Source of the DNA: a virus
Length of the DNA stretch: 64,000 nucleotides
Reading direction: 5' to 3' (one strand)
Virus record (IMG/VR): IMGVR_UViG_3300042566_000762
Location: 32,001-96,000 of that record
Below, piece by piece: positions 1 to 9,214 of the stretch (positions are counted from its first letter, which is position 1; each line of letters starts with the position of its first letter). Made by a program: the position numbers and the translations under genes. The notes under the pieces were generated by a model. It did no database searches. It was not told the origin of the DNA and saw only the letters and a list, made by a program, of their open reading frames with translations.

Positions 1-517
1 TTGAAATAGAAGTTACAATTGATGCCGTAGTTACACTTGCAGTAAAAGTATTTAAATTTGAAATAGATGTGTTTACTGATGATGTAAATGTTTGGTAAGA
101 ACCCGTATCAAATCCACCTTGTATACTTACAACACTACCACTAATAACATTAAATGATTGTGATATTGAATTGAAAGATTGTGTTAAACTATTGAATGAA
201 TTTATAGTAGTGTATGAACCCGTTACAAATCCTAAATCTAAAATTTGTGAAGAACCACTTATAGTTCCACTTGCAACCGATGCCGTAAATGATTGAGTAT
301 AAGAATTGAAAGATGATGTTGATAATTTTGTATCTAATGTATTACTTAATGCATTAGTTACTAAGTCCGTTGCAAATGCACCATCTAACGAAGATGTTAA
401 ATTATTTATAGAAATTTTATATGTTGTGCTACCTGAAATACCAAGTACAAAAGTTGTATCTAATGATGCTACACTTAATGCAGGTAATTCTGATATTTTT
501 TTTCTTGAGTTTGCCAT
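1..517 (-). CDS. Ser/Thr-rich fibre/collar-type virion protein (partial, runs off left end)
   Basis: ATG at 517; open frame MANSRKKISELPALSVASLDTTFVLGISGSTTYKISINNL..., then S/T-rich TGS/SGS/TAS repeats; not in ORF track. Confidence 0.7.
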   Translation of the reverse strand, partial: MANSRKKISELPALSVASLDTTFVLGISGSTTYKISINNLTSSLDGAFATDLVTNALSNTLDTKLSTSSFNSYTQSFTASVASGTISGSSQILDLGFVTGSYTTINSFNSLTQSFNSISQSFNVISGSVVSIQGGFDTGSYQTFTSSVNTSISNLNTFTASVTTASIVTSIS

Positions 518-520
518 TTA

Positions 521-1069
521 TTATATTATTATGTCTAAACCACTTTCGGTTATTATTATTGAGTCATCTTCGGTTGCAACTGGTACATCTACCAATTTTC
601 CCATAACATAAATATCATTAATAGTCACATTATCGTAATCTATATATTCTTCATTTAAAGTTATTACTACATTATTTCCAACTTCTTTAATTGTATAATT
701 TCCTGGAATATGTAAACCAAATACTAATACTTCAAAATTATTAGGAGATGCTCCTTCGGTTCCATAATCTAATGTAACATTGTATATCGTTAATGTATTT
801 GTATTATTGTCAAATTCATCAATTACTCTTTGATTGTATCTTGCACTATTTTCTAATATCTCTTGATAAAAATCCGATATTTTTGTTTTGTTATTTACTA
901 ATTTAATTGGATTTGGATTGGAACGAGTTTTAGATTGAAATTTGGTATTGGTTGGAATTTCAATATTTTGTAAACTTCCGGTCAAATCATTATTAGTAAG
1001 ATTATTAATATTAACCTTTGGAACAACTCTATTAAGTTTTCTTATATTTGAATTAAATCTATTAAGCAT
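521..1069 (-). CDS. Putative virion (neck/collar) protein
   Basis: Follows tail terminator; small beta module; C-terminal ATEDDSIIITESGLDIII motif. Confidence 0.55.
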   Translation of the reverse strand: MLNRFNSNIRKLNRVVPKVNINNLTNNDLTGSLQNIEIPTNTKFQSKTRSNPNPIKLVNNKTKISDFYQEILENSARYNQRVIDEFDNNTNTLTIYNVTLDYGTEGASPNNFEVLVFGLHIPGNYTIKEVGNNVVITLNEEYIDYDNVTINDIYVMGKLVDVPVATEDDSIIITESGLDIII

Positions 1070-1394
1070 ATTGTTCTATATCTCCTTCAATTTGAATATA
1101 ATCGTCAGCATCTAAAACAAACCCATTAAAATTAGTTTTTATAAATTTAACTAATAAACCATTTCCACCTTCTTCAACTATATAATCTCTTGCACTTATA
1201 CTTTGTGTATTAATGTAAATCTTTAATCTATCTTGTGTAGTTCTATATTGGATTTCTCTTAATATATCTACAAATCTCCAACCCGTAGCTTCAAAAATCC
1301 AATAAGTAGAATTTGTTAAATCTTTTGGAGTTAGATTTGTTTTACCAGGATTTCTACTGATTTTTTGGGTTATATCTAATAAACTTCTTTTCAT
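1062..1394 (-). CDS. Putative virion protein, small beta module
   Basis: LKIYIN...DY...LDADDYIQIEG resembles the C-terminal module of the upstream gene. Confidence 0.55.
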   Translation of the reverse strand: MKRSLLDITQKISRNPGKTNLTPKDLTNSTYWIFEATGWRFVDILREIQYRTTQDRLKIYINTQSISARDYIVEEGGNGLLVKFIKTNFNGFVLDADDYIQIEGDIEQYA

Positions 1395-2506
1395 TATACA
1401 ATATCAATAAATTTACCTGTAATAGTAATTTCGTCACCACTATCTACTGAAAATCCAGGAGACAATGCCAATATTAATGTATTGTTTGTATATGATGTTA
1501 TTGTAAAATGTGTGGTTTGATAATACCTAACACCATTTATATATAATTTAATATCGTAAGATTTTTCATCATAGGTCAATCCGGAAGTAATCACCCCAGC
1601 CAATTGTGCAGGTGCTTGTATTAATTTTATTCCTGAGAATGTTGCAGTATTAATTCCACCATCTACGACTTTACTATTATTTAAAGATAAAAAGTCAATT
1701 AAATCTTTATTGTCATAATATGCCGATGGTGTTGTTAATAAACCCTCCAATCTACCATTTCCAGTTACATCCACTTCGGTTGAAACGATAACTCGTTTTG
1801 TAGAGAATGATTTTTTTGTAGTATCTTCTCCGTCAAATTTTTCTGGAAGTAAATATGCTTTAACAGTTAAACTAAACTCAACTCTATTAATTCTTTCAGT
1901 ATTTTCACCAACTTCATTTACAACATTGTAATCCGATATTGTTGTTAAAAATTTAAATTTTGTTTTGTCACCCCAATATTCGTCAGATGCAAAAGATAAT
2001 GATTCAATTACGGTATTTAAATGTTCTATGTAATTTGTCCAAGCCATACATTCATAAGTAACTTCAATATAATCTGGCATTGTTACATTATATACTTCAT
2101 ACGATGGTTTTTGGTTTCCTAGTATTGAAAATTTATCGTATCTATTATTTTTATTATATTTTGAATATGCTCTATACGATACATGCCTATTAAACATTGG
2201 CATTGAATCATTTTTTGCAATAGATGTTCTACGAAGCATCATAATTGGTAATTGTATTTTACCTTTTATGTCTCTAAAAACACCATCTCTTCTTGCTCCT
2301 TTCCATCTTTCCGAATTACCATATATAACAGGAATTTTTAATGCTTGGCCATTTCCATCTTCTAAAGTTGGTAATGCAACATCTTCTAAATAAGACATCA
2401 TAGCATAATCAATATCAAAAAGAGTAACACTTTTTTTAACGTTACCCTTCTCAGTTTTAATTTGCTTTGCTCTATCTAAGTCTTTTTTTAATGGGTTTTG
2501 TGCCAT
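1394..2506 (-). CDS. Tail terminator / sheath stabiliser (T4 gp15-like) with extra C-terminal module
   Basis: IPVIYGNSERW and LPIM motifs; position after neck genes. Confidence 0.7.
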   Translation of the reverse strand: MAQNPLKKDLDRAKQIKTEKGNVKKSVTLFDIDYAMMSYLEDVALPTLEDGNGQALKIPVIYGNSERWKGARRDGVFRDIKGKIQLPIMMLRRTSIAKNDSMPMFNRHVSYRAYSKYNKNNRYDKFSILGNQKPSYEVYNVTMPDYIEVTYECMAWTNYIEHLNTVIESLSFASDEYWGDKTKFKFLTTISDYNVVNEVGENTERINRVEFSLTVKAYLLPEKFDGEDTTKKSFSTKRVIVSTEVDVTGNGRLEGLLTTPSAYYDNKDLIDFLSLNNSKVVDGGINTATFSGIKLIQAPAQLAGVITSGLTYDEKSYDIKLYINGVRYYQTTHFTITSYTNNTLILALSPGFSVDSGDEITITGKFIDIV

Positions 2507-2510
2507 AATA

Positions 2511-2966
2511 TTAATTTACTCTTTCTTCTATGTTTAATGTAGATTTAGATACCATAAGTGCGGAACATACTATACTATAATTATTATCAGGTTGGCCGCC
2601 AATGAATTGTATTTCATTTGTGTTATCAATTTCATAATAAGAATTATCAAAGTAAATAATATCACCTATTTCTGGATAAATGTTTTTTTCACTACAAGTA
2701 TCTTTATCAAATTTAAATGTTATCATCTGCAAATTATCAGGACCAAATCCTTCATATTGAAAGTTTTCAGGTTCTTTATCTGCCAATGCATATAATTCAA
2801 CACCTTGATGCCATGTTTTATTTAGAGCTTCCCCATATATGTTTACTTTTGTTTCATATATGTTTATTTTATACAAAACAACCGCAACCTGTATTACCGT
2901 ATCTACCAATTCTCTTGAAATAGATTTAAAAAATGCAATGTCTCTAGCTTGTAAAAATTTTGGCAT
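2511..2966 (-). CDS. Head completion/neck protein (T4 gp14-like)
   Basis: NIYGEA, FG, PEIGDIIYF..YYEI pattern; synteny with gp13- and gp15-like genes. Confidence 0.65.
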   Translation of the reverse strand: MPKFLQARDIAFFKSISRELVDTVIQVAVVLYKINIYETKVNIYGEALNKTWHQGVELYALADKEPENFQYEGFGPDNLQMITFKFDKDTCSEKNIYPEIGDIIYFDNSYYEIDNTNEIQFIGGQPDNNYSIVCSALMVSKSTLNIEERVN

Positions 2967-2967
2967 A

Positions 2968-4176
2968 TTATCCTACATATATTTTTAAAGGAACTTTTCT
3001 TAACATTTCTTGTTGGTGAGTCGATTCATGTGCTTTATTTTCCATCACTTTAATTCTACTCATCTCTTCCAAATTTTCTCTAAGTTGTTTTACTAAATCA
3101 TCTTTTTCTACCTGTGCCTCTGCTCTCAATGCTGCACCATCTAAACTTACTTCACCATCTGGAATTGGAACCGAACTATACTTTTCTCTAATTGCACCCA
3201 ATAATTCTTTTGTAAGTGCAAGTGTATATTTTCGAATCCACTGTTTACCAACTTCATTTATATTTGAATATTGGATAAAATCATATGGAATATCCGAATA
3301 GTCAGAAAGTGAATCGGCTTGAACGGTTTGTGAATCGTGTTCAAATTCATCTCTACTTATATATTCAAAATAAACTCTACTCATTCCTGTACCTGTTGGT
3401 ATTGGAAATATTTCTAATTTATTATCTACAATATTAAATGTGTGTGCTGATTTTCTAATATGGTCATTGAACTCAATTTGTTGCATTCTCATAACATCTT
3501 CATACAAAGGCATCATTAAGAATTGTGCAGCTGGTGAATAATTACCAAATCCTAACTCACTAATTAAATTTAATGTTCCTTGTGCACCTACCGAATATGG
3601 GTCAAAAAATCTTGTAATAGCAGGAACTGCTTCATGATATACTCTGGTTACATCTACAGTAGAACTACCACTAAATATTTCAGAAAAATTTCTACCACTT
3701 TCAACATCAACTGCGCCTGACATTAAATTATATAATTGAACCGATGCAGTTAAATTGACATAAGCTTTTTTTATCGATGTAGAACCTCCAACTCCCGCAA
3801 GTGTTCCATATTGTTGAGACATACGAACCGTTGTTGGTAAAAATGAACCATCTACAAGTGTTTGTGAATAGTTTGCAACTTTACCTTTGGGTTGCCCTCT
3901 AAGAATATCTAAATTATTTCTAAGATTGAATTGATTTACTTGTGCAGAATATTCCGAAACGGATTCTTCAAAACATGCCCAAATTTGTTGGTTATCTAAT
4001 TCAATATTTACAATAGGATAACCCAATCTTTTTGCTACCCATACTGCAGTTTTAGGTGCATCGGTTTTAAAATCAGTATCATTATCATATATTCCAAATG
4101 GAGTAGCTTCTAAAGACGCGGATGCAGATAAAAATGAGTTATACGTTGAACCGGTCCAGTATGTGTTTGCAGACAT
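2968..4176 (-). CDS. Neck protein (T4 gp13-like)
   Basis: KRLGYPIVNIELD and WIRKYTLAL.KELLG..R.KY...P.PDG.V.LDG motifs. Confidence 0.8.
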   Translation of the reverse strand: MSANTYWTGSTYNSFLSASASLEATPFGIYDNDTDFKTDAPKTAVWVAKRLGYPIVNIELDNQQIWACFEESVSEYSAQVNQFNLRNNLDILRGQPKGKVANYSQTLVDGSFLPTTVRMSQQYGTLAGVGGSTSIKKAYVNLTASVQLYNLMSGAVDVESGRNFSEIFSGSSTVDVTRVYHEAVPAITRFFDPYSVGAQGTLNLISELGFGNYSPAAQFLMMPLYEDVMRMQQIEFNDHIRKSAHTFNIVDNKLEIFPIPTGTGMSRVYFEYISRDEFEHDSQTVQADSLSDYSDIPYDFIQYSNINEVGKQWIRKYTLALTKELLGAIREKYSSVPIPDGEVSLDGAALRAEAQVEKDDLVKQLRENLEEMSRIKVMENKAHESTHQQEMLRKVPLKIYVG

Positions 4177-4201
4177 TACTTAAAATTTATAGTTTTACTA
4201 C

Positions 4202-4210
4202 TATAAATAT
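4202..4210 (-). promoter_or_regulatory. Recurrent ATATTTATA upstream motif (putative late promoter)
   Basis: Same 9-mer sits just upstream of many starts (10973, 14004, 21258, 50642, 52550, 59814). Confidence 0.6.
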
Positions 4211-4223
4211 GAATTATATAAAT

Positions 4224-4257
4224 AAAAAAGGGGAAAGTATTTCTACTCTCCCCTTTT
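4224..4257 (-). terminator. Rho-independent terminator after major capsid gene
   Basis: - strand RNA GGGGAGAGUA-GAAA-UACUUUCCCC followed by a U run. Confidence 0.9.
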
Positions 4258-4297
4258 CTTTATTGTAAGTCTATTACTTATCTAATCTACTCAAAGA

Positions 4298-5911
4298 TTA
4301 TAAAGTGTTCAAACCTTCAACGATAACTTTACCGTAGAACTCAGGTCTTACGATTTTCTTAGCGTATCTAGTCATAACACCTCTTCTTGGAGTGAAGTTA
4401 GTTGGGTCATAAACTAATGGAGTCATAATCAATGGAACATATGGTGCGTAAACTGCTCCTGTTTCGAAGAAGTTAGAACCTTTGAAGCCCATTAAGATAA
4501 CGTTCTCTGTCATGTATGGGTTTTTGTAAACATCATATCTGTTAGAGATTGAACCGATGTTAGTTACACCTGCTGCGAAAGTTAACGCATCCTTACCAGG
4601 ATTTGCAGAGAAACCATTCATTGATTCTAAAATAGTAGCTACGTTTGGAGATACAACTAAGAAGTTAGCACCACCTCTCATAGTCAATTGGTGAATCTTG
4701 TTAGATACCTTTTGTAATTTGATACCTAAAGTTTGATACCAAGTACTCTTAGTGTATGCAGATGCTGCAGCCGCGTTAGCGTCAATTGCAAATGCGTTAG
4801 TTGCACTATTGTAATCGTATCCAACTCTTGCAGACCAATAATCAGTTGTGAAAGCATTTTGTTGTAACATATCTAAGATTTCTAAGTCGATTTCTAAAGA
4901 GATGTATTCAGACAACATTTGAGTTAACTCAGCTTCAGCGTCTACACTATGGTAAGCGTTTAAATCTTGAGCTAATTCAGGAGTCCAAATTGCTTTTAAT
5001 TTTCTTGTCTTAGCAACGATTGGTTCAGATTTCAATTCTAATTCGATTTCTGGAATATTGATATCAGCACCAGTTCTATCTTCAAAGTCACCTCTGTTGT
5101 AATCGGTTGGTTGAACGTGGTAAGTTAATACCTGAGTTCCCAAGTTAACATCAGCTGCAGCAGAACCAGAAAGGATAAATGATGCAGAACCTTCAGATAA
5201 TGTAGTATATTCTGGTAATAAAGTTGTTGTTGCAGAACCTGAAACTTTGAAAGCTTTGATTCCGTTGTAATCAGCATCAGCAGGTAACCCAACAGTTACT
5301 TTCATAATTCTGTGGTTAGCTCCAGCGATAGAAGCAGATAATGCAGAATCAAATCTAACATCAGCAACAGATGCAGAAGCTACAGTAGCTGTTACGTTTG
5401 CAGTTGTGTCGTTGATTGTGTATCCAAATCTACCAGAACCATAAAGACCACCTTCAGTAGCTTGAGTAGAACCCAATTTGTTTCCTGTTGGAGATAAATT
5501 GTCTTTACCGAAAGTACCACCATTACCGAACATAGAAGAACCAGATGCTGGTCTACCTAAAGTTGTGTTAGTACCATATTTGAAATCCATGTAGAAAATA
5601 AGACCTGAAGGTAAGTTCATTGGTTGAACTGAAACGAACTCTTTAGAAGCGATAGAACCGAAGATTCTTCTTACTAAAGGTAACGCAACACCAGCCCACT
5701 CTTCAGAACCTGAAGATGTACCTGTTCTTGTAGCCTCATCTAATAATTGTTTTGCTTGGTTTTCTAACATTACTGCCATACCATGCTTGTTTGTTTCAGA
5801 ACCTGCGTTCTCTAACAAACCTGTTTTTTCCCACTTAGCTTTCAAACCTCTTGTTTGCTCTAACATAAGAGTTTGAGGGTTTGCGCCAGTCATTAATTTT
5901 TTTAAGTCCAT
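4298..5911 (-). CDS. Major capsid protein (T4 gp23-like)
   Basis: LENQ, LPLVRR, VQPM..PSGLIF, AKTRKLKA.WTPELAQDL.A.H..DAEAEL, YAPYVPL, P.RGVMTRYA. Confidence 0.97.
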   Translation of the reverse strand: MDLKKLMTGANPQTLMLEQTRGLKAKWEKTGLLENAGSETNKHGMAVMLENQAKQLLDEATRTGTSSGSEEWAGVALPLVRRIFGSIASKEFVSVQPMNLPSGLIFYMDFKYGTNTTLGRPASGSSMFGNGGTFGKDNLSPTGNKLGSTQATEGGLYGSGRFGYTINDTTANVTATVASASVADVRFDSALSASIAGANHRIMKVTVGLPADADYNGIKAFKVSGSATTTLLPEYTTLSEGSASFILSGSAAADVNLGTQVLTYHVQPTDYNRGDFEDRTGADINIPEIELELKSEPIVAKTRKLKAIWTPELAQDLNAYHSVDAEAELTQMLSEYISLEIDLEILDMLQQNAFTTDYWSARVGYDYNSATNAFAIDANAAAASAYTKSTWYQTLGIKLQKVSNKIHQLTMRGGANFLVVSPNVATILESMNGFSANPGKDALTFAAGVTNIGSISNRYDVYKNPYMTENVILMGFKGSNFFETGAVYAPYVPLIMTPLVYDPTNFTPRRGVMTRYAKKIVRPEFYGKVIVEGLNTL

Positions 5912-5939
5912 TTTAAATGAATTTATTTTTTTTGTTTAA

Positions 5940-7172
5940 TTATTTTATAATACCTGCTAATTTCTTAAATCTGTCGGAGAAATTTGTGCTTTCTGCAATT
6001 ACTGCTTTAGCTTGTGCTGGCTTAGTAGATTTTGATACTTTGCTAGCAATTCCTTCAGAAATAGATTTTTTAGTAGATTTTTGTGTAGTTGAAGTATATT
6101 TGAAGTTCTCTGCTAATGTAGAGAATACCAATTTAACCTCTCTTACTGATTTTGTTCTATCCAAAGTTTCAATCACTTTAACTTTTTGTTCGTTAGTCAT
6201 GTTGTGTGCTCTGAATAATTTATTAGCGAATAATAACTTAGCGTTTAATAAGTTTACTTCGTTAATTGTTCTTTGTAAAGATTTGATAGTCTTGTAAGCT
6301 TCGTTTAATTCAGCATCTTTTTCGTCAGCTTTCTTATCTTCCGCATCACCTTTCATATCATCTTCCATTTCTCTTAAGATTTCTTCTAAATCAACAACTT
6401 CTTTGTCATCTTCTTTAGAATCTTCTTCAGCTTCGTTAGTTGATTTCTTTTCGTCATCTTCTTCTTCAGCTTCGTTGGTTGCTTTTTCATCATCTTCTTC
6501 TTCAGCTTCATACATAGAATCTTCTTCTTTTTCAGAATCGTCTCCATCTAATTGTGCTTCCAATTCTCTGATGATTGCTTCTAAGTCCATATCATCTTCA
6601 GACTCTTCGTCATCAGAACCCATGTCCATTGAATCGTCACCCATTTCAGAATCCATGCCCATGTCATCCATGCCCATTTCATCTTCACCTTCTGCTTGTG
6701 CAAATGGATTTTCTTCTTCTTCAGAATCTTCTCCTTCTAATTCTGCCAATCTAGCTTTCAATTCTGCAATTTCTGCATCTTTGTCACCTTCTTGGTCATC
6801 AGCGAATGGATTTTCTTCTTCAGAAATGTCTGCTACTTTCTTATAGTCAGTACCAGCTTGTTCTGGCTTACCACTATCTTTTTTTACACCTACTGATAAA
6901 TCAGTATCTGCATCTAAAGTTGGTGTTGCACCAGGAGTCTCAGCGTATCCTGCTTCAACTTTTGAACCGATTCCAGTAGAATCTAATTCTTCGTCAACTT
7001 TTTTAGCGTCATCATCTTCCATTTCTGCTTCTGCTCTCATCTTTTGAGATAAGATAGATTGTAGTCTTGGAGTAAATGCTTCTTCTAAAGCTAACTTTGC
7101 GTTTGCTAAAGCGGTTTCTTTAACTGCTTTGGCATCAGCGATTGCTTCTTTCAATAATTTTGAATTTGCCAT
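5940..7172 (-). CDS. Prohead scaffold/core protein (gp22-like role)
   Basis: Very acidic, coiled-coil; directly upstream of the capsid gene; C-terminus DRFKKLAGIIK. Confidence 0.8.
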   Translation of the reverse strand: MANSKLLKEAIADAKAVKETALANAKLALEEAFTPRLQSILSQKMRAEAEMEDDDAKKVDEELDSTGIGSKVEAGYAETPGATPTLDADTDLSVGVKKDSGKPEQAGTDYKKVADISEEENPFADDQEGDKDAEIAELKARLAELEGEDSEEEENPFAQAEGEDEMGMDDMGMDSEMGDDSMDMGSDDEESEDDMDLEAIIRELEAQLDGDDSEKEEDSMYEAEEEDDEKATNEAEEEDDEKKSTNEAEEDSKEDDKEVVDLEEILREMEDDMKGDAEDKKADEKDAELNEAYKTIKSLQRTINEVNLLNAKLLFANKLFRAHNMTNEQKVKVIETLDRTKSVREVKLVFSTLAENFKYTSTTQKSTKKSISEGIASKVSKSTKPAQAKAVIAESTNFSDRFKKLAGIIK

Positions 7173-7320
7173 CTTGTTTTCTCCTTAAATTTTGTTGTGA
7201 AGTTATTCTTGTAGGGAACTCCAATGTAATTATGTTGATTGTTCGGTCACACCTTATAAGAAGGGTATTCATTAATCAACTCTGTCTTGTAATCTTATAA
7301 TAAAAAATAAGATATTTGAT
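7173..7320 (-). promoter_or_regulatory. Structured 5' leader of scaffold-capsid operon with Shine-Dalgarno AAGGAG (7181-7186)
   Basis: Perfect 7-bp stems 7234-7240/7274-7280 and 7292-7298/7307-7313, an inner CCTT/AAGG stem; AAGGAG 8 nt before ATG. Confidence 0.55.
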
Positions 7321-7339
7321 AATATATATGTAAATTTTT

Positions 7340-7359
7340 TAGAAAACTAAAGAAAACTA
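7340..7359. repeat. TAGAAAACTAAAGAAAACTA, identical to 45586-45605 (candidate operator)
   Basis: Exact 20-bp match; built from a 10-bp tandem unit. Confidence 0.7.
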
Positions 7360-7536
7360 CTAAAATAGTTTGTTTTTTCTTATAGTTTCTTCTTTTTGTA
7401 ACCTCTTTCTTTTAGAAGGTTTGATAAAGTTCTTCCTTTCTCTAAGTTCTTCTATTTGTTTTATGGACTGAACTCTCTTTTTGTAATCTTTTATTGCCCA
7501 CTCTATGTTTCCACCTTTAACACTTACTACTAACAT
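7360..7536 (-). CDS. rpsU: Phage-encoded 30S ribosomal protein bS21
   Basis: 58 aa MLVVSVKGGNIEWAIKDYKKRVQSIKQIEELRERKNFIKPSKRKRLQKEETIRKNKLF; bS21 pattern (NIE.A.K.YK..., ELR.R..F.KPS..KR); below the ORF track cutoff. Confidence 0.9.
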   Translation of the reverse strand: MLVVSVKGGNIEWAIKDYKKRVQSIKQIEELRERKNFIKPSKRKRLQKEETIRKNKLF

Positions 7537-7540
7537 TCTT

Positions 7541-7912
7541 CTATTGTAAATTTGTCAACTTGTATTTTGTTGAGTATAATAAAGTTACAATATTATCTAT
7601 GTCGTTTTGTAACCAACTCATTTGTAATTTTTCGTCTTTTCTTAATTTTGCAACTACTGCAATCAATTTATCAAAATATCCAATAATATTTTTAATATCA
7701 TTATTTGTATCTAAACCACTTACCGGTTGTAATTTAATCAATCCGTATTGTCCTTGATATGCTTCAACTAAACCATCCACTAATCCGCCAATTGTATCGT
7801 AATAGTTTCCCAACGCAATATGTGCTGAAAATGAACCAACACCTTTAACTCCTACATGGAATGAATGTGTTTGTGTTCTACTATGTAATAACAATGAAGC
7901 TAATTGTTCCAA
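7541..7912 (-). CDS. Ferritin/Dps-like four-helix protein (DUF5856-like)
   Basis: TQTH.FH, H.ALG.YYD, D.LVEAYQG.YG, QN.ID.I..L...T.YKL. Confidence 0.7.
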   Translation of the reverse strand: MEQLASLLLHSRTQTHSFHVGVKGVGSFSAHIALGNYYDTIGGLVDGLVEAYQGQYGLIKLQPVSGLDTNNDIKNIIGYFDKLIAVVAKLRKDEKLQMSWLQNDIDNIVTLLYSTKYKLTNLQ

Positions 7913-7913
7913 T

Positions 7914-8339
7914 TTATTTTGTTTTATTTTCTTTAATTCCCAATCTTTGTTTCATTACTTCTTCGGATAAATCTGCTATTTCAAAATATCTACCCAATAC
8001 ATGTCCCATATCTTCATATAGAGCTTCCAATCTTTGTTGTTGAGATTGAGCTTCTACTGCTTCTTTTTCAAATGAAGTTTGTAATTTCTTTAACTCACTC
8101 ATATTTCTTTTAATAGTCACTCTATCGAACCAGTCACCACCTTCTCTCAAAGTATATTCTTGTGCTGCATCCGCAATTCCACCTAATGTTTCTGCGATTT
8201 GCATAATATCGGATTTTCTACTCATACCTTCTCTATGTTGGTTATAAGTTGAAATGATTTCTAAAAAATGTCTTTTTAATTCGGTTGGAAGTTGTTGAAA
8301 CTCTTCGGTTTCTCTTAATATATTTCTTAACTTTATCAT
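7914..8339 (-). CDS. Hypothetical, probable internal head protein
   Basis: N-terminus MIKLRNILRE resembles a capsid-targeting propeptide; head module location. Confidence 0.55.
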   Translation of the reverse strand: MIKLRNILRETEEFQQLPTELKRHFLEIISTYNQHREGMSRKSDIMQIAETLGGIADAAQEYTLREGGDWFDRVTIKRNMSELKKLQTSFEKEAVEAQSQQQRLEALYEDMGHVLGRYFEIADLSEEVMKQRLGIKENKTK

Positions 8340-8342
8340 ATA

Positions 8343-8621
8343 CTATTTCTTTAAAATATCGTTTTTCTTAATTTTTGTAATTGCTTGCATTAATTGTTGT
8401 CTATCCATACCTAATGCATCTATTATTTTTGCAATAATTAATTGTTCCTTTTTCTTTGGTAAATTATATCCTTTTACGATACTAATTGTTCTATCTAAAA
8501 ATCTTTGTACCTGTGATGGCAATGCTACATCCATATCTTCCAAATCTTCATTCATTTCAGCTTTTGAAACAACTTTTACACTTGTGTAATTATTTGGTAT
8601 CAAATTTATTAACTTTGCCAT
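8343..8621 (-). CDS. Hypothetical protein (head module)
   Basis: Intact ORF tightly packed in the operon. Confidence 0.6.
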   Translation of the reverse strand: MAKLINLIPNNYTSVKVVSKAEMNEDLEDMDVALPSQVQRFLDRTISIVKGYNLPKKKEQLIIAKIIDALGMDRQQLMQAITKIKKNDILKK

Positions 8622-8622
8622 A

Positions 8623-9213
8623 TTAATTAAGTTCTATTATAATTTCTCTCATTAAATCTTGTGACCTACACCACTTACCACATTCTTCTGCTATCTTTGC
8701 CCATTGTTTTGATTCTTGCAAAGGTGCCATAAATGCTCCATGTGTTGATGGATTGGATACGAAATCCCATCCAACTAATTCAAAGTCTTCCTGAACCATT
8801 ACAGTCCCATCTCTCATTTCTTTTACCGAACCCAATCCTCTTGATGAAATACCTAAACGAATATTATTTTTTAATAATTCTTTTAATATATTTCCTGATG
8901 GTGTTGAAAGTATTTCTACTACACCACATACATCATCACCTTCCCAATAGATTTCTCTAATGTTATGTGATACATTCTTTAAGTTGATAACCGGAGATTC
9001 AGGATGGTCTAACTCACCTAATGCTCTACGTTCTTTAATAAGTTGTTCGTATTTTTTACACTCTCTTTCTAAAATTTCTCTAGGATATCTTCTATTATTT
9101 TGATTTGGAGCACCTGCTCTTTGCAAAATTCCCTTAACTAAATAAGTTCCGTTTTCTTCTTGTTGAAGTTTTGCCTCAAACAAATGTGTTTCTATTAATA
9201 ATCCTTTATTCAT
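8623..9213 (-). CDS. Prohead core protease (T4 gp21-like)
   Basis: N.N.R.YP, ALGELDHP, VSH, TPSG, GISSRGLGS, D.VSNPS. Confidence 0.95.
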   Translation of the reverse strand: MNKGLLIETHLFEAKLQQEENGTYLVKGILQRAGAPNQNNRRYPREILERECKKYEQLIKERRALGELDHPESPVINLKNVSHNIREIYWEGDDVCGVVEILSTPSGNILKELLKNNIRLGISSRGLGSVKEMRDGTVMVQEDFELVGWDFVSNPSTHGAFMAPLQESKQWAKIAEECGKWCRSQDLMREIIIELN

Positions 9214-9214
9214 A

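Noticed and set aside
4202-4210. Canonical T4 late promoters TATAAATA driving + strand transcription
   Set aside because: They would point away from the adjacent genes; the motif tracks gene orientation as ATATTTATA
6300-6830. TCTTCTTCAGC-type repeats as a non-coding repeat element
   Set aside because: Explained by acidic NEAEEE and EEENPFA repeats in the scaffold protein
6403-6846. 147-aa Ser-rich + strand ORF and other + strand ORFs (e.g. 306-611, 5917-6297, 14060-14422, 20482-20847, 43344-43655)
   Set aside because: Antisense shadows of biased - strand genes (GAA/GAT codons read as Ser); no motifs or start signals
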